NCBI GenBank assembly: GCA_013239625.1
Contig: MU053754.1
Span: 1,593,966-1,657,965 of the forward strand
Reading direction: 5' to 3'
Length of the DNA: 64,000 nt
Source of the DNA: Lama guanicoe
Taxonomy: Eukaryota
Each line of letters opens with the position of its first letter. The first letter of the stretch is position 1. Below are positions 37,386 to 50,329 of this stretch, in pieces. Both the position numbers and the translations under genes were made by a program. The notes under the pieces are model-generated. The model worked only from the letters and a program-made list of their open reading frames with translations. It did no database searches and was not told the DNA's origin.

Positions 37386-38117
37386 TTCTAAACTGAGGGT
37401 TTGCAATCCTGTTTTGATATTACTTATCTATAGTTGGCCTGGTCCTCCCTGCCAAAAATAATCCAGGAGTGACACGTGGGCTGCCGAGGAAGGGACTGTG
37501 GGATACAGTGAAAGCAGAATCTCTGCTTTCTGCCCAAGCAGGATCATGATGGTTACTATCCGTTTGCCACTGTGTGCTCGGTCATTGTCGAAATGATGGC
37601 CTAGTTAGAGGCTGCTCGCTTCTGTTCCACTCAGCCATGCCTAGCCCTCCCTCCAAGCGGAGGGGGAGGAAGAAAAACCATCCAACTAATTAATTCTTTG
37701 GTCCCCAGCAATTAAGCCGGCCAGGACTAGTGAATTATTTAAAACTAAAAATTAATTATTCAATGAGCGTTCCCAAGATGCATCTCTGGCCACACAGTCA
37801 GAGAGAAAAAAGCAGGCCACGCTGCCACTTCAGTTGCAATCCAGCAAGTGTCTGAGCTCACTGACGCTGGTTGGGTCTGGGAGGGGAGGAGCCACGGCGG
37901 CTGCTTACAGGCATGAGAGAGGGGCACAGCCAGCCCCCCAGTGGACTTCAGAAGAGGGAAGAGGAGACATAAAATGCGTAACCTATCCTAACACAAATGC
38001 CACTGCCCGTTAGCAGGCCAAGACGGAGTAATCGCACCTTCATCCCGTGTTTGGCTTGTAGGGAAAATGTAAGTTTTAGACAAAGCTAATTTAGGCACTT
38101 GCTTCTTTCTCTCTCTC

Positions 38118-38231
38118 TCTTTTTTTTTGTCTTGTTTTTTTATTTTGTTTTTTAATAGAGGTGCTGGGGATTGAACCCAGGACCTCACACATGCTAGGCA
38201 TGTGCTCTACCACCAATCTTTACCCTCCCCC
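38118..38231 (-). mobile_element. Vic-1-like tRNA-derived SINE
   Basis: GAGGTGCTGGGGATTGAACCCAGGACCTCACACATGCTAGGCATGTGCTCTACCAC...TACCCTCCCCC preceded by a T-rich tail. Confidence 0.85.
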
Positions 38232-38394
38232 TACTCCTCTTAATACTGCCCTCTAAGTACTTGCCTGATAAGCAGCTGGAAGGGGCAGCACATGCCATCC
38301 GTTCAGGGGTGAACTTTTGTCTCCAGGTGTACAAATGAATGAAATTCAGCAGATCTCACTGAGAATTTCCCAGGAGCCAATATTTTTCCACCAA

Positions 38395-39030
38395 ATAACT
38401 TGTGTTTTGAACTAATTACAGATGCATAGGAAGTTGCAGGAATTATGCAGAGAAGCCTCACCCATTTTCTCCCAAAATTACTTAAAACCGTAGCCCATTA
38501 TCAAAGCCAGGAAATCAACAAAGCCACAAGACAATGATTTACCTAGAGTCCTTACTCAGATTTCACATTTGTTCATGCACCCATGAAATGGGTCTGTTGT
38601 GTAATTGTATGGAGTTGTACCACTTTTAGATTTGTGTAACTTCACCACTACCAAGACACAGAACTCTTCCATCACCACAAGGAAAATCCCCTGTGTCACC
38701 TCTTTGATGTCACATTCCCCTCTCTCCTTCCCCTACCCCTGGCAGCCAACAATCAGGTTGGTCTCCACCTCTATACTTTTGTTATACTGAGAAGGTTCTG
38801 CAGTGGAATCATAAAACACGTGACCTTTTGAGATTGGCTTTGTACACTCAGCATAATTCCCTGAAGACTCACTAGGCTGTTGTGAGTATCAGTAAATAGT
38901 GTGTACCTTGTTACTGCTTCAGATGTATCCCCATTCAGTTTGTGGCTCTTACAAATCTGGGTGCTGTGGGCTGCTGTCTGTGTGAACCTCAGTTTTCACT
39001 TCTCTGTGATAAATGCCCAGAAGTAGCTGC
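38395..39030 (-). mobile_element. Old L1 (L1MC-like) 3' region
   Basis: ATAGGAAGTTGCA...TATCAAAGCCAGGAAAT...CACCACTACCAAGACACAGAACTCTTCCATCACCACAAGGA...TGACCTTTTGAGATTGGCTT...CACTCAGCATAAT. Confidence 0.75.
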
Positions 39031-40812
39031 TGTTTTCCAGATTTCCAGAGGGGGACCCAACAAACTTTGAATGGTTTTATGTTTGTCCCCCATCCCAGTT
39101 CCAAAGCAAACCATTTGTGCACACCAACGATTCAGGTCCCTGATAAGATGTACCATTAGCCCCAAAAGTTATGGGACACCCTGGCTTCAGTGATTATGAT
39201 TCAATCTCTTCAGTTTATAGAAGAAATCTAGATTAGAAATAAGCTTTTCCTATGGGGCGGAGAGGAAGAGGAAAAACAAACTTTCTCTGGAGACAGGTGG
39301 TTGGTTCAAAATCTTGCTTTAAAAAGGCACAAGAAAAACAAAGAGCTTCTAAGAGGTATTTGTCAAGGGCCCAAAAAGTCTAGAAAACAATGTACACTTT
39401 CATTCAGCAGGCTCATGTGACCAAGAGTCCTCCTCATGCAGACGTGGATAATGTATGGCGGGGTCCCCTGGCGTTCCTTGGCAGCACCTGCTGGAACTAA
39501 GCATCGCTCAGGAAAACCCACATTTGTCTGGGGAGCAGTGTTTCCTTTCCAATTCCTCCACCTTGGACTCAGATCTGAGACCTGAGGCTGTTAAGACTTG
39601 CCAAACAGCTGGGCTCTCTGCCCCTAAATCCCATCTCAACACGTCACCTTTTTTTTTAAGAAGTCACCTTTGCTTGGGTTGCTTTGAAACTAGCTCTTCT
39701 TTTATGATGAGTAGGTTAAAAAAAAAAAAGGGCCAATACTACCCACAAGGTGAATTTTTCACCGTGTTTTATTTACATCGTTGGTGCCCATTGCCCACAG
39801 TAGAAATTAAGCAATGATTTTTGTACTCCAGAGGGAAAACAATGCTGAGCAAGAGGGCAAGTTTCAGTGACTTGCTTCAGGCCAGAGGGAGATACTGCAT
39901 CCTGGAGGAGGGAAGGAGAGCAGGCTGGCCTCATGCAGAAGTCTGCCAGGGCCACTGGGGCACAGGGCATGGGCGAAGCAGCTGCCACAGTCTCCATTTC
40001 CCCCTCAGGTGGGTGGAAACATGGAGGGCGCTGTTTTCAGCGCCCAGCAGGCACTATCTCATTCTTCCCTGAGAATGCACAGGGCAACCACCTTGTGTGT
40101 ATTGCTGCCACCTCACTGACTGTCAGTTGTGAAATCTAAGATGCGAGAACACTTTCTCTGAAAATGTAGCTGGGGGAAGAGGTTGATGCAATTAGGCAGA
40201 GCAATAGCTGCCTGGAAAAGCAAGTTTTCCTGAGTTGATGAAACCGTAGGAGAGGAAAGAGGTCCCCCTGTGTGTCCTCCCCATCTCCGTGTGTATTTTC
40301 GGATCCCAACTGATTCCTGTTAAAATATGCATGCCAGAATTTTATTTTTAACAAATGCTAGCCGAAATATGCATTAGTGTCTTATCCTCTGTCTCTAAAA
40401 TCGTCTACGGTGACCTAAATAGCTGGGCAATGACAGGAGGAGGAAAGATTCCGAGAAGAAGAATGCATTGACAAGGAGGACCTGAGTGGAGGCTCCACCC
40501 AGGAGCAAAAGGCAAAACTTGCTGTGTTGGTGGTGAGGGGCAGACCCCCGGCGTCAGGAGTGAGTGGGGAGGACAGGGATGAGCAGAAAGGACAGGAGTG
40601 ATCAACGAGGACAGGGGTCAGCTCAGACAGGGCTGAATGTGACTCACGGAGTTTGCCATTAATGCACTGACTTGGGAAATTAGTTTGCAAGGGTAGCATA
40701 TTTTTGAAACTTGCTTCTTTATGTTGTATGAGGAAAAACATGCCATAAAGACATACCATAAAATTTCATTTCATACAAGGAAGTTCACCTGATGAGGAGT
40801 ATCATTTGTTCT

Positions 40813-40954
40813 TTTTTTTTAAATTTTATTTATTTGCAAGAGGGAGGTAATTAGTTTTACTTATTTATTTATTTACTTGATGGAGGTACTGGGGATTGAA
40901 CCCAGGACCTCGTGCATGCTAGGCATGTGCTGTACCACTGAGCTATACCCTCCT
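40813..40954 (-). mobile_element. Vic-1-like tRNA-derived SINE
   Basis: GGGAGGTAATTAG tail and GGAGGTACTGGGGATTGAACCCAGGACCTCGTGCATGCTAGGCATGTGCTGTACCACTGAGCTATACCCTCC. TTGTTCTT is repeated on both flanks (decayed TSD). Confidence 0.9.
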
Positions 40955-43021
40955 GCTTGGAATACCCTTGTTCTTGAAAAAAAATGTATTAAATCAAACT
41001 AAGGCTCACATATAATTCAATCAAAAAGTATTTCAGAGCCAGCTGAAGACAGAGGACACAGCTCACTGGCCAAGAATACCTCTGAGTATGAAACTGCCAC
41101 TTGCGCACCTTCCAACCAAATTGGGGTCCATACTGCTCCCAGCTGTGAACTTTCATTCTACTTTTTCTTTCTGCCTTGTTCAACTTTCCTGCTTCCAGGG
41201 TTTCCCATATGGTGAATCTCAAATCCCTTGTATATGTCTTGCTAGGAACCAGCAAGCTCATAATTAATGAGATCTAGTAAATTTGGACCCCACTAATTTG
41301 CATTCTGTATGCTTTTGACGGAAGCTGGGTGAGAGTGAACCTTCACTCCATGAAGAGGAGGCTGGCTAGTCACTTTAATGGCGTAAATGTTGCAGGGACT
41401 AGATTAATCTACTTTTCAGATCCTGGAGCTATGATGGTTGTTTACATATGTGTAAACAGCATATGCTGTTTCATACATGTAATAATAATAGCTGATCTTT
41501 TTTTTCGGGACTGTCAGTTTAGCTGTCACGTCCTTGCTTCTTTTTTTTTTTTGCTTTGTTGTTACATCTATGTTTGCCCAGTCATGGTGTCCCCTGAGCC
41601 TCTTGCAGCCACATGGACCTGGGAATGTGTAATTACGATCTCATCTGTTAAAGTCCTACACATCCTGCACTTGATCGGTTCTGAGATGCTGGAGCTTTTC
41701 CCTAACAACCAGCCCTCAGCCCTAGGTGGAGAGACTGCTAAAAGAGGAAAAAGGTTTTCTGAATCAACAAGCAAAACCTTGCTGTGAATTTCCTAAAGAT
41801 AGCACTGACAGGATAAATAAATATTCCAAACTCGGAAACAGAGACATTTGAGATAAAGCCTCTAGTCTGGGGAAGACAGTGAAGGGCACGGGATATACAC
41901 TCTAGTCTGAGAAAAGGAAATGGAAATTGCAAATCTGTGCATGAGCTGTGAGGAGCCGGAGTGCTGGTGGCAACACAATTGCCTTTGAATTAATTGTCAG
42001 GAGAATGAATGCAGGAACGTGTCCTTTGAGTTTTAATACCATTTTTCAGTAACTATCTAGGAAAAATTAACTAATTCAGCACAAGTGTCTTCAAAAGTCT
42101 ATTAAAATCTAGCTCTGGTAAATTAATTGGCACAGCTTCCTCATGCTTCTCTCTTTAACAAAACTAATAAATTATTCCTCATGCGTTTAATAAATATTAG
42201 ATAACTAGAAATTGGGTTTTCCCTTATCGTGGTGTTGATATTTTTAGCATGCATCCAAAAATGTGGCATCGGATATTCCAAATATATTCCTGGCTCCTAG
42301 CATGGTAATTAGTACCTAATTTCACTGGGATGTTTTCCCCATGCTCCAAAAAAAGTGCCACACTAATTATGAATTATCCTCATTTGTTCATTAAAGCAAG
42401 TCCCCAGAGGACATCCTTAAGATGACAGTTTATGAACCTAAATAGGGTTGTTTGATGTTCTTAAAATAATAAAAGTTTTCAAATATTTTAGATTCAGAAC
42501 TTTTGTATGAGTTCATAGCAACCTCCCAAATAAGCTGACTCACTGTCATTTTACTCTTATTCCTAACCCATCCTTTCAGAATGAGCACAGACAGTCCGGT
42601 CGGTAACCACAAAGTGCATGGAATGAACGTCTCCCAGCAGGAAATGAAAACTCTCATTCCTGGTCGCTCACAGCCCTGCACCCAGACAGCCGGGATTTAA
42701 CCCACCTTGGCATCCAATATACAGTGGAGGCCTGGACAAAGGTAGGCAGCAGAGCCTTGGCTGGACGCCCCCTCCCCACTACCCAAAGGGCAAGACCCTT
42801 GGGGTGGGACCCATCTGACTCCACTCCGTTCCCTGGGGCAGCCTGGCATCTGGAACAGGAGCTGCCATCAGGGCCAGGGTTAGCTGCATGGCCATAGGAA
42901 TGTATCTGTTTCCTAGGATCTGTGCCCACACTCCGTATCCTGGTACCTTTCGCCCACACGACTACTCGCAGCCTTCCTCCTGTTCCCAGCAACAGCAAAA
43001 TGAAGGTGCTTTCTCAGTGCT

Positions 43022-43084
43022 AGGGTCACCCTCCACCTGGGCTGCGTGAGGGTCCCCCTTCACCTGGGCTGCGTGAGGGTCCCC
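43022..43084. repeat. 27-bp tandem duplication (about 2.3 copies)
   Basis: CACCTGGGCTGCGTGAGGGTCCCC at 43034 and at 43061. Confidence 0.9.
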
Positions 43085-43430
43085 GCCAGCAGCAGGAGGA
43101 GGCTGGGAATGGCCACGTGGGGCTGGAAGTCAGGTTGCCATGACACTTAACAGTCCCTGCAACTTCATCTGTGAAGTATGATAGGACCCATGTTTCAGGT
43201 AAGGAAAATAAGACTACCAACGTCTGAGGGACTCACCAAGCAGGCTGACCTCTCGAGTGGCCTGTGGGCATCTGAGCCCAGGTCTCCAACTTCCCTCTGC
43301 TCCCACCCTGACACTGGCACCACGAGTTCGAGTCTCTGTGTGTCACAGGAAAGGGAGACCGAGTAAGGGTGTCCCAGAGATATTTGTGCAGTCACATTCT
43401 GCACCGTCCACAAGAGCAGGGCAGGAATGC

Positions 43431-43924
43431 TGTGTTTGTTTCCTGAGACTGCCAAAACTGGGGCCGCAACCTGGGTGACTCCAAACAACAGAAATCTACT
43501 CTGTCCCAGTTCTAGGGGCCAGAAGTCTGAAGTCAAGGTGTTGAGGCAGAGTCACGCCCTCTGGGGGCTTTCGGGGAAAGCCCATTCGAGGCCTTGCTCT
43601 TAGCTTCTGCTGTTGCCAGCAGTACTTGATGTCACTTGGCTTGTGGACGCCTCCCTCCAGTCTCTGTCATCACATGGTCTCTTCCATGAGTGTCCTCACG
43701 CCATCTTCCCTCTGTGGTGTCTGTCTCTGCCCGTCCTCATCTCTTCTTACAAGGAGGTCAGGCATAGAGGGTTTGCGTCAGTGCCCTCCTCAACCTGTAG
43801 GACCTCATCTTAGCTAACAGCATCTGCAGAGACCCGACTTCCAAGTCAGAGGACATTCACAGGCACCAGAGGCGGGAACTGCACCAGACCTTTGGGGGAG
43901 CGGAGCACAGTTCAACTCGTAACA
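43431..43924 (-). mobile_element. MaLR solo LTR (MLT1C-like)
   Basis: AAACAACAGAAATCTACTCTGTCCCAGTTCTAGGGGCCAGAAGTCTGAAGTCAAGGTGTTG...GACCTCATCTTAGCTAACAGCATCTGCAGAGACCC...CACAGTTCAACTCGTAACA. Confidence 0.85.
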
Positions 43925-44095
43925 CGAGACGTGTGAGGCCACTTGTTTTCTGTGGTGCTCGCTGGAGACTTCCAGCAAGGCTCACGGAAAACGTCTTGCC
44001 ACTCAAGACTGGCCCAACCCCTAGAGGCAGCAAGCGGTTTCCTGTAGATCCTCATACCACAAAGATCACCCGTGCGCTCCAGGTCTCAAATCTAT

Positions 44096-44189
44096 CCAGG
44101 GTTGCTGCTCAGTATCTCATGGTGCACAGGGCGGCCCCTTCAGCCTAGAGTGGCCCGGCCCCGAAATGTCAGAAGTGCTGAGAACCCTG
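44096..44189 (+). mobile_element. MER20 3' fragment
   Basis: CCAGGGTTGCTGCTCAGTATCTCATGGTGCACAGGGCGGCCCC...CCCGAAATGTCAGAAGTGCTGAGAACCCTG. Confidence 0.65.
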
Positions 44190-45407
44190 CCTCAACCCAA
44201 AAAGGGGCCAAGTGAGACCATCAGGCACCGCTCTGTGGCGGATGTGTTTTAGGGTCAGTCTTGGCCAGCTCTGCCTCAGGCCATGACCACAGCTTTATAA
44301 TCAAGCTCTTTGCAAAATGCTCTTCAAATTACCCAGTTCCAGAAACCCTCTGTTTCCTGTCCAGTTGGACCCTGTTAGGCTGATTCTTTTAGTCCATTAG
44401 CAAAGGATAGAGCAGATAAGTTTTGAAGATGGAAGGAAGAGGTGTCAGAAGGTTCTGGAATGTGAGTGGTTGCCTGATTGGACAGAGCCGATGCAGCAGA
44501 GAACGTACCATGTTGAGCCGGTGGGAACCAAGACAAGGAGCTGTCAGCCCCGGGGAGAGGCAGGGCTCCCAGAAAGGAGCGGGGGACAGCTAGAAAGTAA
44601 GTTTGTGTGCCTCGGAGCTTGGCTAATGGGAGTAAACCTCAGTCGTGTGAGCTGCTGGGAGAAGGGGTGGCCTGCTGTTGACTCCCGAGAGCTCGGCGTC
44701 TCAGATTACGTCTCATAAAAGAGTCAGGACCCGGTGAGTCGGAGGCAATGTTTGGTTCATTCAGTAATTCGCAGTTCTGGTTTGTTTATTTGCACGCACT
44801 GCTTCTCTAGATGGATGTTAAGCCCCTGCACTGTTCTCCTGCTGACTTTAACTTTCCCACCTTTTTTTTACATCTTATATTTGCTTCGTTATTTTATGTA
44901 TTTGCTTCGGATGCTTGGATGTACAACACCAAATGTCAGCAGAGCATTCTCACGCACTCAGGCTGGCTTCCAACACTGGCTTTCACAAGTGATTTGCTTG
45001 GAACACAGAACATATTTTTGTATGAAATGAATGTCCTACGATGGTGGACTGTCCCAGGACAGACGACAAAGGCCCCCCATCCACGCTCTCCCTGAGGACC
45101 TGGCAATAATTGTATAGACCCTTGTATTTTCCTGGAGAACTGCCTTTAGTGGGTGAGCCAGCCTGGAACTTCAGACCCACATGTACCGTGATTCCGTATC
45201 AGGTGAGACAGAGGGTCAGGGAGCAAGGCGCCCTTCAGCAGAGAAGCGTAGCTGTGTCTCCTAGCACAGGGCTTCCAGATCGGCCAGGAGCAGCAGGAAT
45301 CGGGGTTGGAAAGGTCCAAAACCTGGGGCGAGGAGTTTGCATCATGAGTTAACTTGGAAGCCGGGACCCGCAGGAGAAAGACGAGCTTGAATGCAGGAGA
45401 GGATGAG

Positions 45408-45880
45408 TGTGGTAGGCAGAATACAGGCCCCAAAGATGTTCACATTTTAATCCTCAACTCCTGGGACTCTGTGACCTTACGTGGCAAAGAGGCTTGACAG
45501 ATGTGGAGATGGAGCAATTGTCCTGGATTATCCAGCAGGCCTAGTGAATCCCAAGCGTCCCTCTGAGAGGAAGGTGGCCAAGTCGGAGGAAGAGGAGGAG
45601 GCATGAGGTTGGAAGCAGAGGTCTGAGTCAGAGATGTTAAGATGCTACTCTTCAGGCTTTGAAGTTGGAGGCAGGGGCCGTGGCCACAGAAGGCAGGCAG
45701 CCCCTAGAGCCTGGAAGAGGCAGAAAGACAGATTCCCCTGAGAGCCTGAAGGAAGGACCAGCCTTGGAACATCCCGTTTGAGCCTGCTGACCTCCAGGAC
45801 TGGAAGAGCTTGCATGTGTGTGTTTGAAGGCGCTTCCAGCTTGTGGTAATTAGGTACAACGGCCTTGGGAAACCATCACG
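45408..45880 (+). mobile_element. MaLR solo LTR (MLT1D-like) with TSD
   Basis: TGTGGTAGGCAGAATACAGGCCCCAAAGATGTTCACATTTTAATCC start. 5-bp TSD ATGAG at 45403-45407 and 45881-45885. Confidence 0.9.
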
Positions 45881-46109
45881 ATGAGGATTGAGGATCTGCA
45901 ACAGACAATGAGGGAACTTTAAGAATGTGGAGGAGGAGTGGAGGGGGTTCCTTCCCACACCACCCCCATCACTGGACCACTGTGCAGAGGCAGAGAACAG
46001 GTATCCGAGGAGAGAGCAGGGCTCTGTCTCCCTCGTGCAACCCCTGTCTCCTGGTAGCTTTCACTATGGTCCTCTTGACCTGTCACCACTTTTATCACTC
46101 ATTCCTTAT

Positions 46110-46910
46110 TTTTCTTTTAATTATGATAAAATACATATAACATAAAATTTGCCACTTTAACTATTTGTAACCCCAATTCATTGGTGTTAAGGAGGTTCAC
46201 ATTGTCATGTAAACATCACCAATATCCATCTTGAGAACTTTTTTTTATGGTTAAGTCTTTTTTTTTTTAATTGGGGTACAGTTGATGTACAACATCTCCA
46301 GAACTTGTTCATCTTCTCCCGCTGAGAGTCTGTAACAATTGCGCAGTAACTCTCCATTTCTTCTTGTCCCACAGCCTCTCCCCAGTAACCTCCAGTCTAT
46401 TTTCTCTCTCTGTGAACCTGTCCATTCTGGCTGTGTCATGTCAGTGGAATCCTACAGTATTTGTCCTTTGGCATCTGCCTTTATTTCTCCCAGCATAACT
46501 TTCCAGGTTCATCCATGTTGAAGCAAGTATCAGACCTTCTTTCCTTTTTTAGGCTGAATAATACTCCATCGCCTGGATGGACTGCATTTTGCTCGTTCAC
46601 GCATCTGTTGATGGACACCTGGGCTGTTTCCACCTTTCAGCTCTTGCAAATAATGCTGCAGTGCACACCGGTGTACGGTATCTGTTTGGGTTCCACTCTC
46701 AGTTCTTTGGGGTTCATACCTGGAGGCTGGATTATTCGGTCATATGGTAGCTCCGTGTTTAACTTTTTGAGGCACCACCAGCTGTTTCTCACAGCGGCTG
46801 CACTGTTTTACATTCCCATCAGCAGTGTCCTGCGGTTCCCGTTCCTCCACCTCCTGGCCGGCACCGGCTATTTTGTTTGTTTTCATGGTAGCCATCCTAG
46901 TAGGTATGCA
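46110..46910 (-). mobile_element. L1MB-like 3' region, interrupted by a 52-bp younger insertion at 46241-46292
   Basis: AAAATACATATAACATAAAATTTGCCACTTTAAC...GGAATCCTACAGTATTTGTCCTTT...CTTTTTAGGCTGAATAATACTCCAT...GATGGACACCTGGGCTGTTTCCACCTTT. Confidence 0.85.
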
Positions 46911-47669
46911 CAGCACTCATGCCTGATAGAAGAACACAGCCATGTACTTATACTGTGTCCTGTGGAGAGCAGGGGACCTGGGAGAGGAAGGGCCGCAGGA
47001 AGCACCTGGGAGCAAAGTCTTCCGCACTCACAGAGAGGAAAGGGAAAAGAAAGGACATTCCTCGAGAGTCCCACCAAAGCGGCCCTTCACGGGTAACAGA
47101 CACACAGGACAGGAGTCATAAGCCGGGCACCAGTGGACACTACGTTTATCCTGGCCGGAGTGTGGATCCCTCCATCGGCATCTTGAATAGCCACACGAGG
47201 ATAGGCACCTGTGGACCTCTCCCTTTCTGATGATCCACAGAGCAAGGGGACTCGACAGGAGAGGAGGCGTTGTCTGCTCAGCTGACGCAGCTATCTAGGA
47301 GCCCTGCTCTCCGAGCATCAGAGCGGGTCATAAACTGACTCTCTGGAGGGTCCCTACAAACCTGATCAGCTTGTAGCTGGAGAGGCGGGGAGGGTGGAGG
47401 TGTGGAATCAGTGGGCCGTCACACAGCCACAGAAGACAGCCACTCCCCTGCCAGCGCGTTTCCTGAAAAGATGCCCCAGGGAAAGAATAGGTGGATGGTA
47501 CCGCAGAGCGAGCTGCATGCGAATCGGAAGGATCGCAAGTTAGCTTGCCAGTGAGATGTGCCTGTGCTTTCTTCTTTGTTACCAGAACAATTAAATGAGA
47601 TGCAATTTTACGTCTTTTAAGAGACACAGAGAGAAAAATCTATAGGACTTGGGTGTTTTCAGTCATCTT

Positions 47670-48285
47670 TTTATTATTATTAGTAGTATTGCAGTAAAAA
47701 CACATAACAAAATTTACGATCTTACTCATTTTTTAAGTGTACAGCTCAGTAATGTTAAGTATGTTCACATTGTGGGAAACAGAGCTCCAGAGCTCCTTCA
47801 TCTTGCAAAACTGCGATGCTATACCCATTAGACGACTCTCCATTCCCCCTCCCACCATTCTACTTTCTGCTCCTATGAATTTGAGTACTTTCCCTACCTC
47901 GTGTAAGTGGAATCCTACAGTATTTGCCCTTTTGTGGATGGCTTATGTCACTTAGCATAATGGGCTCAGGGTTCATCAATACTGGGGCATGCGATAGGAC
48001 TGGAACCTTCTCTTTCGAGGCTGAATCATATTCCAATGTATATATAAATATATATATATATAAAAACATATATATATATGTGTATATATATACATATATA
48101 TATATAGTGTGTATGGACTGCATTTTGCTTGTCCTTTAATGGGCATTTGGATTGGTTCCACATGTTGGCTATTGTGAATAATTTTGCTATGACTGTGGGT
48201 GTGTAAATATCAATTTAAGATCTCCCTTTCAGTTCTTCTGGAGATATGTATATATTCACCCAGAAGTAGGATTGCTGGATCGTCA
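47670..48285 (-). mobile_element. L1MA/MB-like 3' region containing a (TA)n expansion
   Basis: AAAACACATAACAAAATTTACGATCTT...CTCCTTCATCTTGCAAAACTG...GTAAGTGGAATCCTACAGTATTTG...GGTTCCACATGTTGGCTATTGTGAATA. Confidence 0.85.
48039..48106. repeat. Interrupted (TA)n microsatellite
   Basis: TATATATAAATATATATATATATAAAAACATATATATATATGTGTATATATATACATATATATATATA. Confidence 0.95.
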
Positions 48286-49444
48286 TAGAGTTGTCTTTCT
48301 GGACTACAAAGCTACAAAATTAACAGTACAAAGACCAGTTGACAAACTGTATTTGTGCACAGAGGGGACTCATGAGAGGAAAGATTTTCTAGTTCCCTCT
48401 ATGCCTCATTTAGTTTTTCTGAAAACTTGCTCTGAAAGAAATATGTGCAGAAACATACAAAAAAATTTAAGTGTGGAGCTTAATGAATTTCCTTAAACTG
48501 AACACTCTTGTGGAACCCACATTTGGGTCAAGAAAGGGGACATTACCGAACCAAGAAGCTCCTTTCCACTCGTGACCTCCCCATGGGTTGACCCTGTTCT
48601 GATCTCTCAACCTGCAAAAGCACTGTTGATACTCAAAACAGCATAGAAGGGGAAAAAAAGAAAGAGAGAGAGAGAAGGAACGGGGAAGGGAAGGAAGGAA
48701 GGAAGGAGGGACGCTGAGTGTGAAGGCCCAGCCCTTCCCGCGAGCTGTGTCACTTTGAGCAACTCAGTTAACAGCTAAGACTGAGCTTTCAACCTTCTAC
48801 AAAGGAGATGCTCCCAAATGCCCAGCAACTGGTCAGCCACTGGTTAGCTCAGCACGGTTGTGAGGGCCATACCCCGATTCTCCTGCTTTATCACAACTAA
48901 GAGGAAGCAATGTCCTCTGGGTGTTTGATGTGATGGAACTGCTGGGTCCATCCTCTTCTCTTTGGGATGGAAATTCTAGAATTGTCACTCAGTCATGTCT
49001 ACCTTCTAAAGTTGATTTGGGATTCTGCAATGGGAGACAGGATCTAAGAGCCCCACGTCTGGTCCAAAGGGAAAAGCCTCCAGCAAACAGGATGCGCAAA
49101 GAGTGGGTGACTCAGTGCCATGTGAAATGAACATCAGCTCTGCCGCTGGCCATTCTTTCTTAGTCCAGGTGGCTCTTTAATTTTCACGTCTATATTTAGC
49201 ACAACTTCTGAAAGTCTCATGAAGTGAAGTGTGGAGTCATTCCCCCACCCGTAGGTGTGTGTGAAATAGGACAGTTCTCTTGCAAGTCTCCATAAATCCG
49301 GGGTTATTTGAGTAGGCCCAGTGTAGTGACAAGGGTGCATAAATGTGGAGGACAGAGGCAGAAGAGTTCAGATCAGAGAAGGAGATGTGACTGTGGAAAA
49401 ATGGCAAGAGAGAGGCCGTGTTGCTGGAGTTGAAGATGAAGCCA

Positions 49445-49590
49445 GGGGTGGGGAGGGTAGAGCTCAGTGGTAGAGCACATGCCTAGCATGCCCAAGGTCC
49501 TGGGTTCAATCCCCAGTCCCTCCATTAAAAAATAAATAAATAAACCCAATTACCTCCCCGCACAAAAAAACCCAAAAACACAAAAATGAA
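49445..49590 (+). mobile_element. Vic-1-like tRNA-derived SINE inserted in an MLT1 fragment
   Basis: GGGGAGGGTAGAGCTCAGTGGTAGAGC (A box), GGGTTCAATCCC (B box), AAATAAACCCAATTACCTCCCC and an A-rich tail. Decayed TSD GAAGATGAAGCC / GAAGGTGAAAGCC. Confidence 0.9.
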
Positions 49591-50329
49591 AGAAGGTGAA
49601 AGCCTTTGGCCTTCAGATAGGACCTGGCTCCAGGTGTAGGGAGACACGTGGAGCTGAGGCAAGTCTAGCTCAGGGGTGCTCACGCACAGCCTGTGTGCGT
49701 CGTGAGCAGGAAACAGATGGGTGCTACGGCTGCAACAGACAAAGCTTGCCGACTACAGCAGAGGACGCCGTTGCCAGGAGCCAGCTTCCACCCTGCACCT
49801 CAGGGCAGAGCAGGGCTGTGAATGGATGTGGGGGCCGTCGGGGAAGAACTACCATGGGAGAGCAAGGTGGAAGAAACTAGAGAGACTTCTTGCCATGGGG
49901 GGCTGTGGACTAAAGGCGTAAAGCCATATGGAGAAGGCCAGTGCCACAGACTGCACAGGGAAGGGCCGGATGACCAGGACAGCACATCTCTAAGACTAGA
50001 ACCCGTCTCCCAGCCTGAATTCCATTGGATTCATGTCCCAGTCCTCTGAGGAGGGCAACCACAAGGGACTGCACGAGATACTTGGGGGTTCAAGCACTGC
50101 TGATGTGGTCCCTTCCCAGCAGAGGGTCACACATGTGAGGCCACCCTTGCTTTGACTTGTGCAGGACAATGAGGGCAATGCCCAAAGGAGACAGTAGGGT
50201 AATGGCACCCTGTGTGGCACTGCAGTGACCTTGGTAAGCTTGTCCTTGACAAGTCCGAACTTTCTTAACCTCCTAGACATTCCTTAATGTCAGGAACCTA
50301 GCCTTGCACCTCTCTGTAGATTCCAGTAG

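Noticed and set aside
46461..47096. 211-aa ORF
   Set aside because: Mostly an antisense reading of an L1MB 3' region.
7941..49115. Scattered AP-1 heptamers (TGASTCA)
   Set aside because: About a dozen noticed, against roughly 8 expected by chance in 64 kb, and they are not clustered.
49445..49530. tRNA gene (also at 14.6, 24.35, 38.2 and 40.9 kb)
   Set aside because: A and B boxes are present, but the copies are mutually diverged, have A-rich tails and in several cases TSDs. They are SINE heads, not tRNA genes.
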